Shown here piece by piece: positions 32,848-40,585 of a stretch of DNA of 40,585 nucleotides (position 1 is its first letter; every line of letters starts with the position of its first letter). This DNA is from Acidobacteriaceae bacterium. GTDB taxonomy: Bacteria; Acidobacteriota; Terriglobia; Terriglobales; Acidobacteriaceae. The stretch is from contig PMMJ01000394.1 in assembly GCA_003162255.1 (NCBI GenBank), positions 6,290 through 46,874 of the forward strand, in the 5' to 3' direction. The notes under the pieces were generated by a model that ran no database searches, was not told the origin of the DNA, and was given only the letters and a program-made list of their open reading frames with translations. The position numbers and the translations under genes are program-made.

Positions 32848-33986
32848 ACCCTCCGCAGTGCGTCTACGACGTTGAGATTCATTGCCGACAAAGCGGGTAA
32901 CAGTCCAGCGACCACGCCCACAGCCACGGTTACGGCGAAACCAGCTACGACGGTTTGCGGCGATAAGTAGAAGAACGGCAACATGCCGTGGGTGGGATCG
33001 CCATTGCGCGTCAGCAACTTCGCGAACCCAAGACCCAACGCTCCTCCGATGGCCGCGATCAGCACGGACTCGGCGAGCACCAGCACGAGGACGAAGACAT
33101 CGGAAAACCCGACCGCCTTCAACACCGCGAGATCGCGCACGCGCTCGCGCACCGCGATGGCCATGGTGTTGCCGGTGACCAGCAGCAGCGTGAAAAACAC
33201 CACTGCGCCGATGCTCAGGATCAGCAACTGGATGTTGCCCGCCTGCTTGGCAAACGAAGTCGCAAACGCCTTTTCGGTGTCCGTTTTCGTTTCCCAGGGA
33301 GAATTGGAGAACGTTTCGTCGATCTCCTTAGCTACCCTCACCGAGTCATCCGGATTGTCCACTTTTACCGTGTACCAGCCAACCAGGCCCTTCCAGTATT
33401 GGCTTTCGCGCTCCTCCAGATATTTGTAGTGGAACCAGAATTGGGTGGTGTCGTCTTCGACTTTCTTGCCGTGATAGATCCCGCGGATGTTGAAATCCCA
33501 CGTCCCTTGAAAGATCGTTCCTTTGATCGGAATGCGATCTCCGAGCTTCCAATGAAAGCGTTTGACCAAATCCGCGCCCACGACCGCGCCCTCGCGATCG
33601 CTCATGTATGCCTGCCACTGATCGTCGGGTAAGACGTACTCCGGATACATGGTGTGAAAAGTGTCGTCATCGATAGCCATTTGCGGGAAAAAGTTGCGTT
33701 CATCCTGGTACACGCCTCCGAACCAATTCTGGTGCGTCACCTCCTTTATCCCGTGAATGCGCAACAGGCGCTCATTGTACGAGACCGGCAGCGGCTGAAT
33801 GATCGACACCTTGTTGATGACCACCAGGCGGTCGGTGCCCGCCACCTCCACGCCCTGGTTGAAGGCTCCGCGGACGACCGCCAGCAAACCGAACAGGAAG
33901 AGCGCCACCGCAAACGAGCCAATCGTCAGCACGGTGCGAATCTTCTTGCGGAACAGGTTGGAGAGGATCAGGGCAGAGTATTTCAT
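32844..33986 (-). CDS. ABC transporter permease, MacB/FtsX-like (first permease)
   Basis: Same architecture as the second permease. There is an ATGA overlap with the ATPase gene stop at 33983-33986. Confidence 0.85.
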   Translation of the reverse strand: MKYSALILSNLFRKKIRTVLTIGSFAVALFLFGLLAVVRGAFNQGVEVAGTDRLVVINKVSIIQPLPVSYNERLLRIHGIKEVTHQNWFGGVYQDERNFFPQMAIDDDTFHTMYPEYVLPDDQWQAYMSDREGAVVGADLVKRFHWKLGDRIPIKGTIFQGTWDFNIRGIYHGKKVEDDTTQFWFHYKYLEERESQYWKGLVGWYTVKVDNPDDSVRVAKEIDETFSNSPWETKTDTEKAFATSFAKQAGNIQLLILSIGAVVFFTLLLVTGNTMAIAVRERVRDLAVLKAVGFSDVFVLVLVLAESVLIAAIGGALGLGFAKLLTRNGDPTHGMLPFFYLSPQTVVAGFAVTVAVGVVAGLLPALSAMNLNVVDALRRV

Positions 33987-34720
33987 GAGCGTACCGCTGC
34001 CTTCTCCTCGACTCTCTGCCCCTCGACCAGAACACCTTTATTAAGGTGCAGCACCACATGCGCGCGCTCGGCTGCCACCGGATCGTGGGTCACCAGGAGC
34101 ACGGTCTTGTTGTGCTCGCGGACCAGCCGGTCGATCAGGTCCATGATTTCATCGGCGCTCCTGCGGTCGAGGTCTCCGGTCGGCTCGTCGCACAACAGGA
34201 AAGTGGGATCGGCGACGATGGCGCGCGCGATGCCCACACGCTGCTCCTGGCCGCCGGAGAGCTGACGCGGATAATGGTGCGTGCGGTCCTTGAGTCCTAC
34301 AACTTCAAGCGCGAGCTCGACGTGTTGGCGGCGCTCCGCCTTCGACAGCTTGGTCAGAAGCAGCGGCAACTCCACATTCTGAAATGCAGTCAGCACCGGT
34401 ATCAGGTTGTACATCTGGAAAACAAATCCCACGTGCCGGGCACGCCAGTGCGTGAGTTTACTGCCCGATAAGTGCGTGATCTCGTCGCCCGCCACCGTGA
34501 TAGTGCCGGCCGTGGGTAGATCGAGCCCGCCCAACAGGTTCAGCAGAGTGGTTTTGCCGGAGCCGCTGGGGCCCATGAAGGCCACGAAGTCACCCGCATC
34601 CACATCGAGGTTCAGCCCCTGCAGGACGTGGATTTCCTCGCTACCGCGCTGGTACTTCTTGTCCAGTCCGCGCACGCGCACCAGGCTGGAGCCGTTGCCA
34701 CCACCATCCACTCTAACCAT
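33983..34720 (-). CDS. ABC transporter ATP-binding protein (MacB/LolD-type NBD)
   Basis: Walker A is GPSGSGKTT, the signature is LSGGQEQRV, and Walker B is LLCDEPTGDLD. AAGGAGAGG lies upstream of the ATG at 34718-34720. Confidence 0.9.
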   Translation of the reverse strand: MVRVDGGGNGSSLVRVRGLDKKYQRGSEEIHVLQGLNLDVDAGDFVAFMGPSGSGKTTLLNLLGGLDLPTAGTITVAGDEITHLSGSKLTHWRARHVGFVFQMYNLIPVLTAFQNVELPLLLTKLSKAERRQHVELALEVVGLKDRTHHYPRQLSGGQEQRVGIARAIVADPTFLLCDEPTGDLDRRSADEIMDLIDRLVREHNKTVLLVTHDPVAAERAHVVLHLNKGVLVEGQRVEEKAAVRS

Positions 34721-34879
34721 GACCTCTCCTTCGCAATCTTGTACTCAGAAATTTAGCCGGGGGCTCGGCGGAATTGCTCGCATTTTACTTCATTCGATGC
34801 TTTAGTCAGTACTTAATAGGATGGACGAAACGATCAGCCGCGGATACTAGGCGGCTTTTGTTATGTTTTGAAAACATTT

Positions 34880-36097
34880 CTATCGCTTGAGCTTTACGCG
34901 AGCGCCATCGCTGAGGCCGTCAAAGCCATTGATTACGACTTGATCACCGCCTGAGAGCCCCGCGACGATTTCCTGATCGCTACTCCGGGTGCCTCCGACA
35001 CGAACCGCGCGCCGTTCCACACGCCCATCATGATAGACATAGACGATGCTATTGCCATTTTCGTTGCGCACGGCGCCTTGCGGGACCAGCAACCTCGGCG
35101 CGCCGGCTTGCGCTGCCTTCGGTTCATCCCCCAAAAACGTGACCTTCACGCCCATGTCCGGGAGGATTCGCGGATCCAGTCGGTCGAACGATATGCGCAC
35201 TTTTACAGTCGCCTTCTGCCGATCCGCGGTTGGGATCACCGTACGAACCTTGGCGGGAATCTTCCAGTCGGGATAGGCGTCGAGAATCGCCGTGACCGGC
35301 ATGCCCGCGGTGACACGCGCGATGTAGGACTCATTCACGTCCACCTCAATCTCCAGCGACTGCATATCCACCACCGTCGCGATGCCGGTGCGCGTGAAAC
35401 CGCCGCCAGCAGAGATCGGCGACACCATCTCTCCCACTTGCGCGTCTTTGGAAACAACGATGCCAGTAAACGGCGAGCGAACGGTGCAGTTGTCGAGATC
35501 CTGTTGCGCCACACGGATTCTCTCTTCCGCCGCCTGTGTCTGCTCGTCGGTCAGAGAGATCTTCGCGCGCAAGCTGTCGGCAGCGGTGCGCGCAAGATCA
35601 AGCGCCTGCGTGCTGCTGACCCCTTGCTTCTCCAATGCTTGCGTGCGGCGCAGTTCTCGATCGGCATTTTCAAGCTGCACTTGCAGATCCTTCAGAGCGG
35701 CGGACGTGGCATCGCGGTCAGCCTTGGCGGAATTCAGCCGGACGCGCGCGTCTGAATCGTCCAGTACGGCCAGCACTTCTCCTTCTCGAACATGCAGCCC
35801 TTCGTCGGCAATCATTTGCGTCACGCGGCCAGTAATTTTCGCGGCAATGGTGGCTCGACGCCGCGGTGTCACGTAGCCGCTGGCATTGAGCAGAACTTCT
35901 CTGGCCTCAACCTCAGCGTGCGCCGGCGCAACTTCCACGGCCGGAGTTTCTCCTTTGAAAGCAAAGACGGCACCGGAAACAAGCAGTAACGCGCCAACGG
36001 CTGCCGCAAACCAGCGGAACCACTTGGGTCCGCCGGCTTTCCGCGCGCCCTCGTCAATCCTCAGTGCCGACAAATCCTGGCCCGTTCTGGCGCCCAT
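34880..36097 (-). CDS. Efflux transporter periplasmic adaptor subunit (HlyD/MacA-like membrane fusion protein)
   Basis: N-terminal TM anchor, lipoyl-like halves flanking a coiled-coil hairpin (ARVRLNSAKADRD...LENADRELRRTQAL...), and beta-barrel/MP domains. GGAGG lies about 10 nt upstream of the ATG. Confidence 0.85.
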   Translation of the reverse strand: MGARTGQDLSALRIDEGARKAGGPKWFRWFAAAVGALLLVSGAVFAFKGETPAVEVAPAHAEVEAREVLLNASGYVTPRRRATIAAKITGRVTQMIADEGLHVREGEVLAVLDDSDARVRLNSAKADRDATSAALKDLQVQLENADRELRRTQALEKQGVSSTQALDLARTAADSLRAKISLTDEQTQAAEERIRVAQQDLDNCTVRSPFTGIVVSKDAQVGEMVSPISAGGGFTRTGIATVVDMQSLEIEVDVNESYIARVTAGMPVTAILDAYPDWKIPAKVRTVIPTADRQKATVKVRISFDRLDPRILPDMGVKVTFLGDEPKAAQAGAPRLLVPQGAVRNENGNSIVYVYHDGRVERRAVRVGGTRSSDQEIVAGLSGGDQVVINGFDGLSDGARVKLKR

Positions 36098-36359
36098 ACC
36101 CGTGTGCCTCCAAAACTGTTACTGCCAAAAATTCAAACTGCTCTGAAACCTGGAAATGGCGCTAAAGACGGCCACATCCCGCGACTAACTTAGCCGAATC
36201 AAGGATAGAGCGCGACTGCTTCGTTATCAAGCGCACATTGCGGCCTACGTTTGTCGTCGATCCGGACTAACAACTGACTAACTTGCCTCATGCGTCCGGT
36301 GGCGAGTTGAGAGCTGACCACCAATCGTTGGTCAGTGCATCAATGCTCTTAGCTCCGTT

Positions 36360-38141
36360 TCACTCTTTGTCCTTGATGTCTTCCGCGGGTTCCAATGCTC
36401 CGGGCATCACCTTGAGCGGAGCCGAGCGTTGTTCTTCCAGTTCGAGATGCGGCAGTGGTTTGCGCGGCAGCATCTGGTCGCGCATGGCGGCGTTGTATAC
36501 GAAGATAGCCTCCACGGTTGCCGCCTGCGCCAGGTCGGCGGGCTGCAAGCGTTCGTAGGTGTCCATGTTCGAGTGATGCGTGCGCGAACCGTAGTCGAGA
36601 CGGTCCTGAATGAACTGGAAGCCCGGGATCCCGACCGCATCGAACGATTCGTGGTCGGTGCCCGTGGTGTTGCGGTCGGTGATGGTTGTGACGCCGAGAT
36701 CTTTCAGCGGCTCCATCCATTGCGCAAAAATGGGAGCGACCGCGGCGTTCTCCTGCAGATAAATCCCGAGGATTTTCCCGGTGCCGTTATCCACGTTGAA
36801 GTAGCCGGAAATTTTCGGCTGCTCAGGTTTGACTACGAGGGGACCCGCAGGTTTGCGCAGCCAATCGGGTTGCTCCAGTTGATCGGGAGCGGTCGAGAGT
36901 GGCACATATCCGAAATGCTGCCGCACGTAACCGGCGGAGCCAAAAAGTCCCTGCTCTTCTCCTGTCCAGAGCGCGATGCGGATGGTGCGCCGCGGCTTGA
37001 CTTGCAGCGCGTTGAGAATCCGCATCACTTCCATCGCAACCACCGTGCCGGCGCCATTGTCGGTTGCGCCCGTCGCCGCCGCCCACGAGTCGAGATGGCC
37101 ACCCACCATGACCACTTCCTCTTTCAGCTTGAGATCGGTGCCAGGAATCTCGGCGATGGTATCGAAGCCATGCTCATGGTCGCCGAAGTACTTCACATCG
37201 ACATTCATTTCGATGCTGACCGGGACATTGGCTTTGAGCAGACGATAGACGCGTCCGTAGCTCTCGATAGCCGTCACCACCACGGGCAGGGGAATGGCGT
37301 GTTCGCGCTTGTAGGTGAACCATCCCAGGCTGCCGTCGTCGAAAATGGTGCCGCCGGAGCCGCCGTTGTCGCGGCCATCACGGCTGGGAAGAATGATTCC
37401 CAGAGCGTGTTCCGACGCCAGAAATTTTCCGGTTTTCTCGAGCAGGATCCGCCGCTTTGCATAATCCGGCATTCTTTCGGAGAAAGATTTTGGTTTTTCC
37501 AGCGGGAAATCGGCGACCTTGGCGAGATCCTTGTCGTCCATCCGCGTAAACAGCGGCTTATCCACCGGATTCACCTCGCGCATATCTCCCAGCAGAACGA
37601 TTTTTCCCGCCAACTTGCCTTTATACTGGTCGAAATCTTTCTCGTCCGCGACATGAACCCAAATGGCTTGGCCATTGACTGCGCCGTTGCTGGAAGGCGA
37701 CCAGGGCGCGGCTTGGGCGATGAAGACAGCCGTGTCCGGCGAGGTCATCCGTACCCAGGTGTTGAGCTGCTGCCATCCCATGCCGAACTCACCCCAGTCT
37801 TCGAGATGAGCGTTGCTGCAACCCATCGCCGCCAATTGGTCGCGCGTCCACTCGTTGGCCCGGTGCAGATTGGGTGAACCGGTCAGTCGCGGGCCAATGC
37901 CATCCATCAAAGCGGATGCGAAGTCCATCACGTGCGAATGGGCGAGACCTTCGCTGCGAATGCGCTGGTAGACGGTGTAGTCGAGATTCTCTCTTGCAGG
38001 CTGCGGCAGTTCGTATGACGGCTTGTCAGCTTCAGCCGCGGCTGCCTTCTCTTTGTTTTTGTCGGTGGCAGAAATGGACAGTGGCAGAGCAACGCAGAGC
38101 AACAAACCAAATCTAACCGTGAAAGAAGCATGGAATCGCAT
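36360..38141 (-). CDS. M28 family metallopeptidase (aminopeptidase) with a PA-like insert, secreted
   Basis: Signal peptide present. The zinc-ligand context (GHLDSW, ATDNGAGTVVAMEVMR, WTGEEQGLFGS) is typical of M28. Confidence 0.85.
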   Translation of the reverse strand: MRFHASFTVRFGLLLCVALPLSISATDKNKEKAAAAEADKPSYELPQPARENLDYTVYQRIRSEGLAHSHVMDFASALMDGIGPRLTGSPNLHRANEWTRDQLAAMGCSNAHLEDWGEFGMGWQQLNTWVRMTSPDTAVFIAQAAPWSPSSNGAVNGQAIWVHVADEKDFDQYKGKLAGKIVLLGDMREVNPVDKPLFTRMDDKDLAKVADFPLEKPKSFSERMPDYAKRRILLEKTGKFLASEHALGIILPSRDGRDNGGSGGTIFDDGSLGWFTYKREHAIPLPVVVTAIESYGRVYRLLKANVPVSIEMNVDVKYFGDHEHGFDTIAEIPGTDLKLKEEVVMVGGHLDSWAAATGATDNGAGTVVAMEVMRILNALQVKPRRTIRIALWTGEEQGLFGSAGYVRQHFGYVPLSTAPDQLEQPDWLRKPAGPLVVKPEQPKISGYFNVDNGTGKILGIYLQENAAVAPIFAQWMEPLKDLGVTTITDRNTTGTDHESFDAVGIPGFQFIQDRLDYGSRTHHSNMDTYERLQPADLAQAATVEAIFVYNAAMRDQMLPRKPLPHLELEEQRSAPLKVMPGALEPAEDIKDKE

Positions 38142-38337
38142 AAATCGGGTTCCCTCGGGAAAAGTTCCACAGCAGATTAGCAGATATGCACTGAACTAAA
38201 TAGCTGCCACAGATCGCTGGCGAACATGGCGGCAAGAGCATCGGGGTAAGATGTTGGGCATGGGAAAATGTTTTCGATCCGACGAATTGCGTCGGGCGCT
38301 AGAGCGGATTCACGGTTGTCGTATCCCGCTCGTGTGG

Positions 38338-38378
38338 GGACGGGCGCCCTCGCCCGTCCAAGCCGAGCGCAGCTCGGC
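38338..38378 (+). repeat. REP-like GC-rich double-hairpin element, copy C
   Basis: Hairpin 1 is GGACGGGCG-CCCT-CGCCCGTCC (38338-38359). Hairpin 2 is GCCGAGC-GCA-GCTCGGC (38362-38378). The element ends 22 nt upstream of the ATG at 38401. Confidence 0.6.
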
Positions 38379-38400
38379 AGAGCCATCGCTGTATGACTGG

Positions 38401-40053
38401 ATGACGGAGAAGCGATTCGCGCCCATCCTGTGTCTGCTCTGTTTTGCAGTCTTAGCAGTCGTCGCGACTGTCGCATCGCCGCTCCCAAACGCCGCTCGCA
38501 GCCAAGGCCAGAGCAAGGACCATAGCAAAGACCAGACCTCGGCCATACTCGAACTCTCTCGTGCCGATTATCTCGACCGCGTCCAAGCCATCTGGACCGC
38601 GCAGATGATCGCGCAATTCACCGGTCTTCGGTTCGAACATCAGGTGGCATCGGCGGTTCCCGTCACTCCCATCAGCCACCTGCCCGGCTACGCTCCGGTG
38701 GACGACGACTATTACTACGAGATGGTGGCCGTTCGCGCGTTTGAAAAATACGGGCCGGGTCTCACGGTCGCGCAACTGGGCCAGCAATGGCTCGAAAACA
38801 ACGCCGGTTCCTGGGGATCCAGCGAGCAAGCGCTCCTCCTGCTCAAGCGCGGGATCAAGGCTCCGGACACCGGTCACCCCCGCTACAACAAATTATGGTG
38901 GACGATTGGGCCGCAATTCAGCAGCGACCTTTATGGCGCGCTGGCGCCCGGCATGCCCAATGTGGCTGGCGCCCTGGCGCGCCAACTCGCCCACATCAAT
39001 GGTTATGCCGAAGGAACCGATGGCGGCGTCTTCATCGCTGGCATGATCAGCATCGCGTTTGCCGAACACGATACGCACGCGATCGTCCGCAAAGCCGCCA
39101 CGCTCATCGACCCGCAATCACCCTACCGTCAATCCCTCGACATGGTGATTTCCATGGCGGAGAGAGGCTTGGGACCGGAACAAATTTGTCGCGCCCTCGA
39201 CGAGCGCTGGGGAATCGAATATCCCGCCACCAACAATGCCGTCCTCAATGGGGGAATCGTGGCCGTCGCCGTGTGGTTCGGCGAAGGGGACTTCCAGAAG
39301 ACGCTGCAGCTTGCGGTGCACGCCGCAGACTTTGCCGATTCGGATTGCAATGCGGCGAACTCTGCGTCGGTTGTTGCGGCTATCCACGGCATGAAGGTGC
39401 TTCCCGCCGAACAAGTCGCCGAACTTCACGACCGGATTTTCGGCGCCCGCATGGGGCCGTTGCAATTGACCCCGCCAGTGGACGAAAGCATTTCCGCTCT
39501 GGCGCGCCGAACCGCAGCCATTGGTGAGCAGATCCTTCTCTCTCACGGCGTCACTCTCGATAAAGACATCCTTCACATCGCCGTGCAGGAGCCGGTCACT
39601 CAGCCCGCCGAGTTATTCCAGCTGGCCGACCTCACGCGCTACTGGAATCCCGAATGGACCCTGGAGCGTGCAGGATTTGGCGGCGCCGGCGGCGGATTGG
39701 AGGGCATTCGCGGTATAACCTTCCTGGATGGAGACGTGCTCGCCACTTATCCGCGAGACGAAATCCGCGGCACGCTCTTGCGCCGCTCGGCGAAGTTAAG
39801 CGCGCACCCCTGGCTTACCTTCCGGGCGGGAGTCGATCCCGGACGAGCTTGGCAATTGCAGGTGTATGTGAACGACGACAAAGTGCTGGATACGGTTTTG
39901 CTCGGATCTCTGCAGCAGCGCTGCTGGAGGACGTTCCGCCTCAATCTATCGAACTACGCGCAACAGGACGTCGTCCTGCGCCTGTACCAACGAGTCCTGA
40001 TTCCCCACCGCGAAGCTGGAAACGCCTACTGGCGCAAACTCGTCCTTGAGTAA
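38401..40053 (+). CDS. ADP-ribosylglycohydrolase-family protein, secreted, with an extra C-terminal domain
   Basis: The start is taken at ATG 38401, which gives a signal-peptide-like N-terminus (MTEKRFAPILCLLCFAVLAVVATVA). The ARH-like core has DDDYYYEM and AADFADSDCNAANSASVVAAIHG, analogous to the DDTE and GGDADTTGA metal-site regions of DraG/ARH. About 150 aa of beta-rich C-terminal extension follow. Confidence 0.7.
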   Translation: MTEKRFAPILCLLCFAVLAVVATVASPLPNAARSQGQSKDHSKDQTSAILELSRADYLDRVQAIWTAQMIAQFTGLRFEHQVASAVPVTPISHLPGYAPVDDDYYYEMVAVRAFEKYGPGLTVAQLGQQWLENNAGSWGSSEQALLLLKRGIKAPDTGHPRYNKLWWTIGPQFSSDLYGALAPGMPNVAGALARQLAHINGYAEGTDGGVFIAGMISIAFAEHDTHAIVRKAATLIDPQSPYRQSLDMVISMAERGLGPEQICRALDERWGIEYPATNNAVLNGGIVAVAVWFGEGDFQKTLQLAVHAADFADSDCNAANSASVVAAIHGMKVLPAEQVAELHDRIFGARMGPLQLTPPVDESISALARRTAAIGEQILLSHGVTLDKDILHIAVQEPVTQPAELFQLADLTRYWNPEWTLERAGFGGAGGGLEGIRGITFLDGDVLATYPRDEIRGTLLRRSAKLSAHPWLTFRAGVDPGRAWQLQVYVNDDKVLDTVLLGSLQQRCWRTFRLNLSNYAQQDVVLRLYQRVLIPHREAGNAYWRKLVLE

Positions 40054-40088
40054 CTGGAAGGGCCAGATCATATGCTGATGCGGATGCC

Positions 40089-40121
40089 GGCGAAGACGCG
40101 CAAGTTCTGAGCGTCTTCGCC
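40089..40121. terminator. Perfect 11-bp GC-rich stem-loop between convergent genes (candidate bidirectional terminator)
   Basis: GGCGAAGACGC-(11 nt)-GCGTCTTCGCC, with an outer GGCCAG/CTGGCC pair at 40065-40070 and 40134-40139. There is no clear U-tract on either strand. Confidence 0.45.
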
Positions 40122-40150
40122 TTCACCACCGAAACTGGCCTGAGTTACTA

Positions 40151-40585
40151 TCACTTCAAAATTTCGTCGATGGTCACGATGTCGACTAACCCAGAGCAAC
40201 CATAAATAGCCGGTAGAATGCGATCCGCCGGGTAAGTGCGTCGCAATTCGGCGACTCGCTCCGTTCCCGCCCGATAAGCCGGAAGATACATCCGGCCGAG
40301 TAAGGGATGGCGTCCCCAGGCGCCAGAGAGTTTGTCGGCGCGTTCCTCGGTCACGAGAAAATCGCGACGCAGCGTGGCCGCGACCTCCGCCTGCGGCCTG
40401 CCCTCACCCCAGGTCAGATACGACGACTGGTTTTTGGCATCGTCCTGCAACAGGGCCAGCAGCACTCCGATCTGCAGGTCTTCGTCGGGCAATTGCTCGA
40501 CTTCCGTGACGCCGTGCGCGATCAGAATTGCGTTATTGGCGATGCCCTCGAACAGCGTGGCAGCGCGCGTGTTCATGGTGAGCAC
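40151..40585 (-). CDS. Hypothetical protein, possibly 5'-truncated by the window edge
   Basis: The ORF is open to the window end, with an internal ATG at 40574-40576. Third-position G/C bias looks coding. I recognise no family. Confidence 0.5.
   Translation of the reverse strand: MLTMNTRAATLFEGIANNAILIAHGVTEVEQLPDEDLQIGVLLALLQDDAKNQSSYLTWGEGRPQAEVAATLRRDFLVTEERADKLSGAWGRHPLLGRMYLPAYRAGTERVAELRRTYPADRILPAIYGCSGLVDIVTIDEILK

Noticed and set aside
36429-37877. A 482-aa plus-strand ORF that could be called as a gene.
   Set aside because: It is antisense to the M28 peptidase gene, whose translation carries clear family motifs. The plus-strand product is Arg/Gly/His/Val-rich with no motifs, which is the usual antisense-ORF artefact of GC-rich DNA.
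38251-38400. A longer N-terminus for the ARH-like protein. The same issue arises for cutC (15221-15328) and the ABC ATPase (3489-3587).
   Set aside because: The extensions run through the REP-like element, the terminator-like hairpin and the divergent promoter region respectively. They encode Arg/Pro/Ser-rich sequence. Internal ATGs give canonical N-termini (a signal peptide or a conserved family start).

Overview
GC-rich bacterial chromosomal segment. The gene content suggests Acidobacteriota: two Oar-like TonB-dependent receptors with carboxypeptidase-regulatory-like N-termini, a VWFA-related acidobacterial-type protein, and a Ser/Thr kinase fused to a TolB-like propeller. This placement is an inference, not a search result. 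Coding density is high and nearly every long ORF is explained. Order of blocks: (1) two tandem CPBP/Abi-type membrane protease genes, one with substituted catalytic residues and one broken, tail-to-tail with an ABC-2 exporter. (2) Divergent from that exporter, an Oar-like outer-membrane barrel plus a secreted VWA protein. (3) A minus-strand glycan-utilisation-like locus (Oar-like TBDR, CutC, GH29 alpha-L-fucosidase, GH38 alpha-mannosidase) with a divergent DeoR regulator. (4) A housekeeping and miscellaneous stretch: dienelactone hydrolase, proS, DUF4845-like, an orphan CheY-like receiver, NUDIX, DUF2520, ribA, tRNA-Ala(CGC), DUF885. (5) A Ser/Thr kinase-TolB fusion. (6) A four-gene MacAB-like efflux operon. 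(7) An M28 peptidase divergent from a secreted, non-canonical ADP-ribosylglycohydrolase-family protein. I saw no CRISPR array, rRNA, transposase, integrase or prophage genes. The main non-coding structure is a REP-like GC-rich double-hairpin element in at least three intergenic regions. Other non-coding signals are candidate operators and promoters at the DeoR/TBDR divergent region, 11-bp-phased direct repeats upstream of the efflux operon, and two strong stem-loops. No clearly new system can be demonstrated from sequence alone. The best candidates for follow-up are the CPBP/ABC-2/Oar-like/VWA block, the SusD-less fucosidase/mannosidase/CutC locus, and the secreted ARH-like protein.
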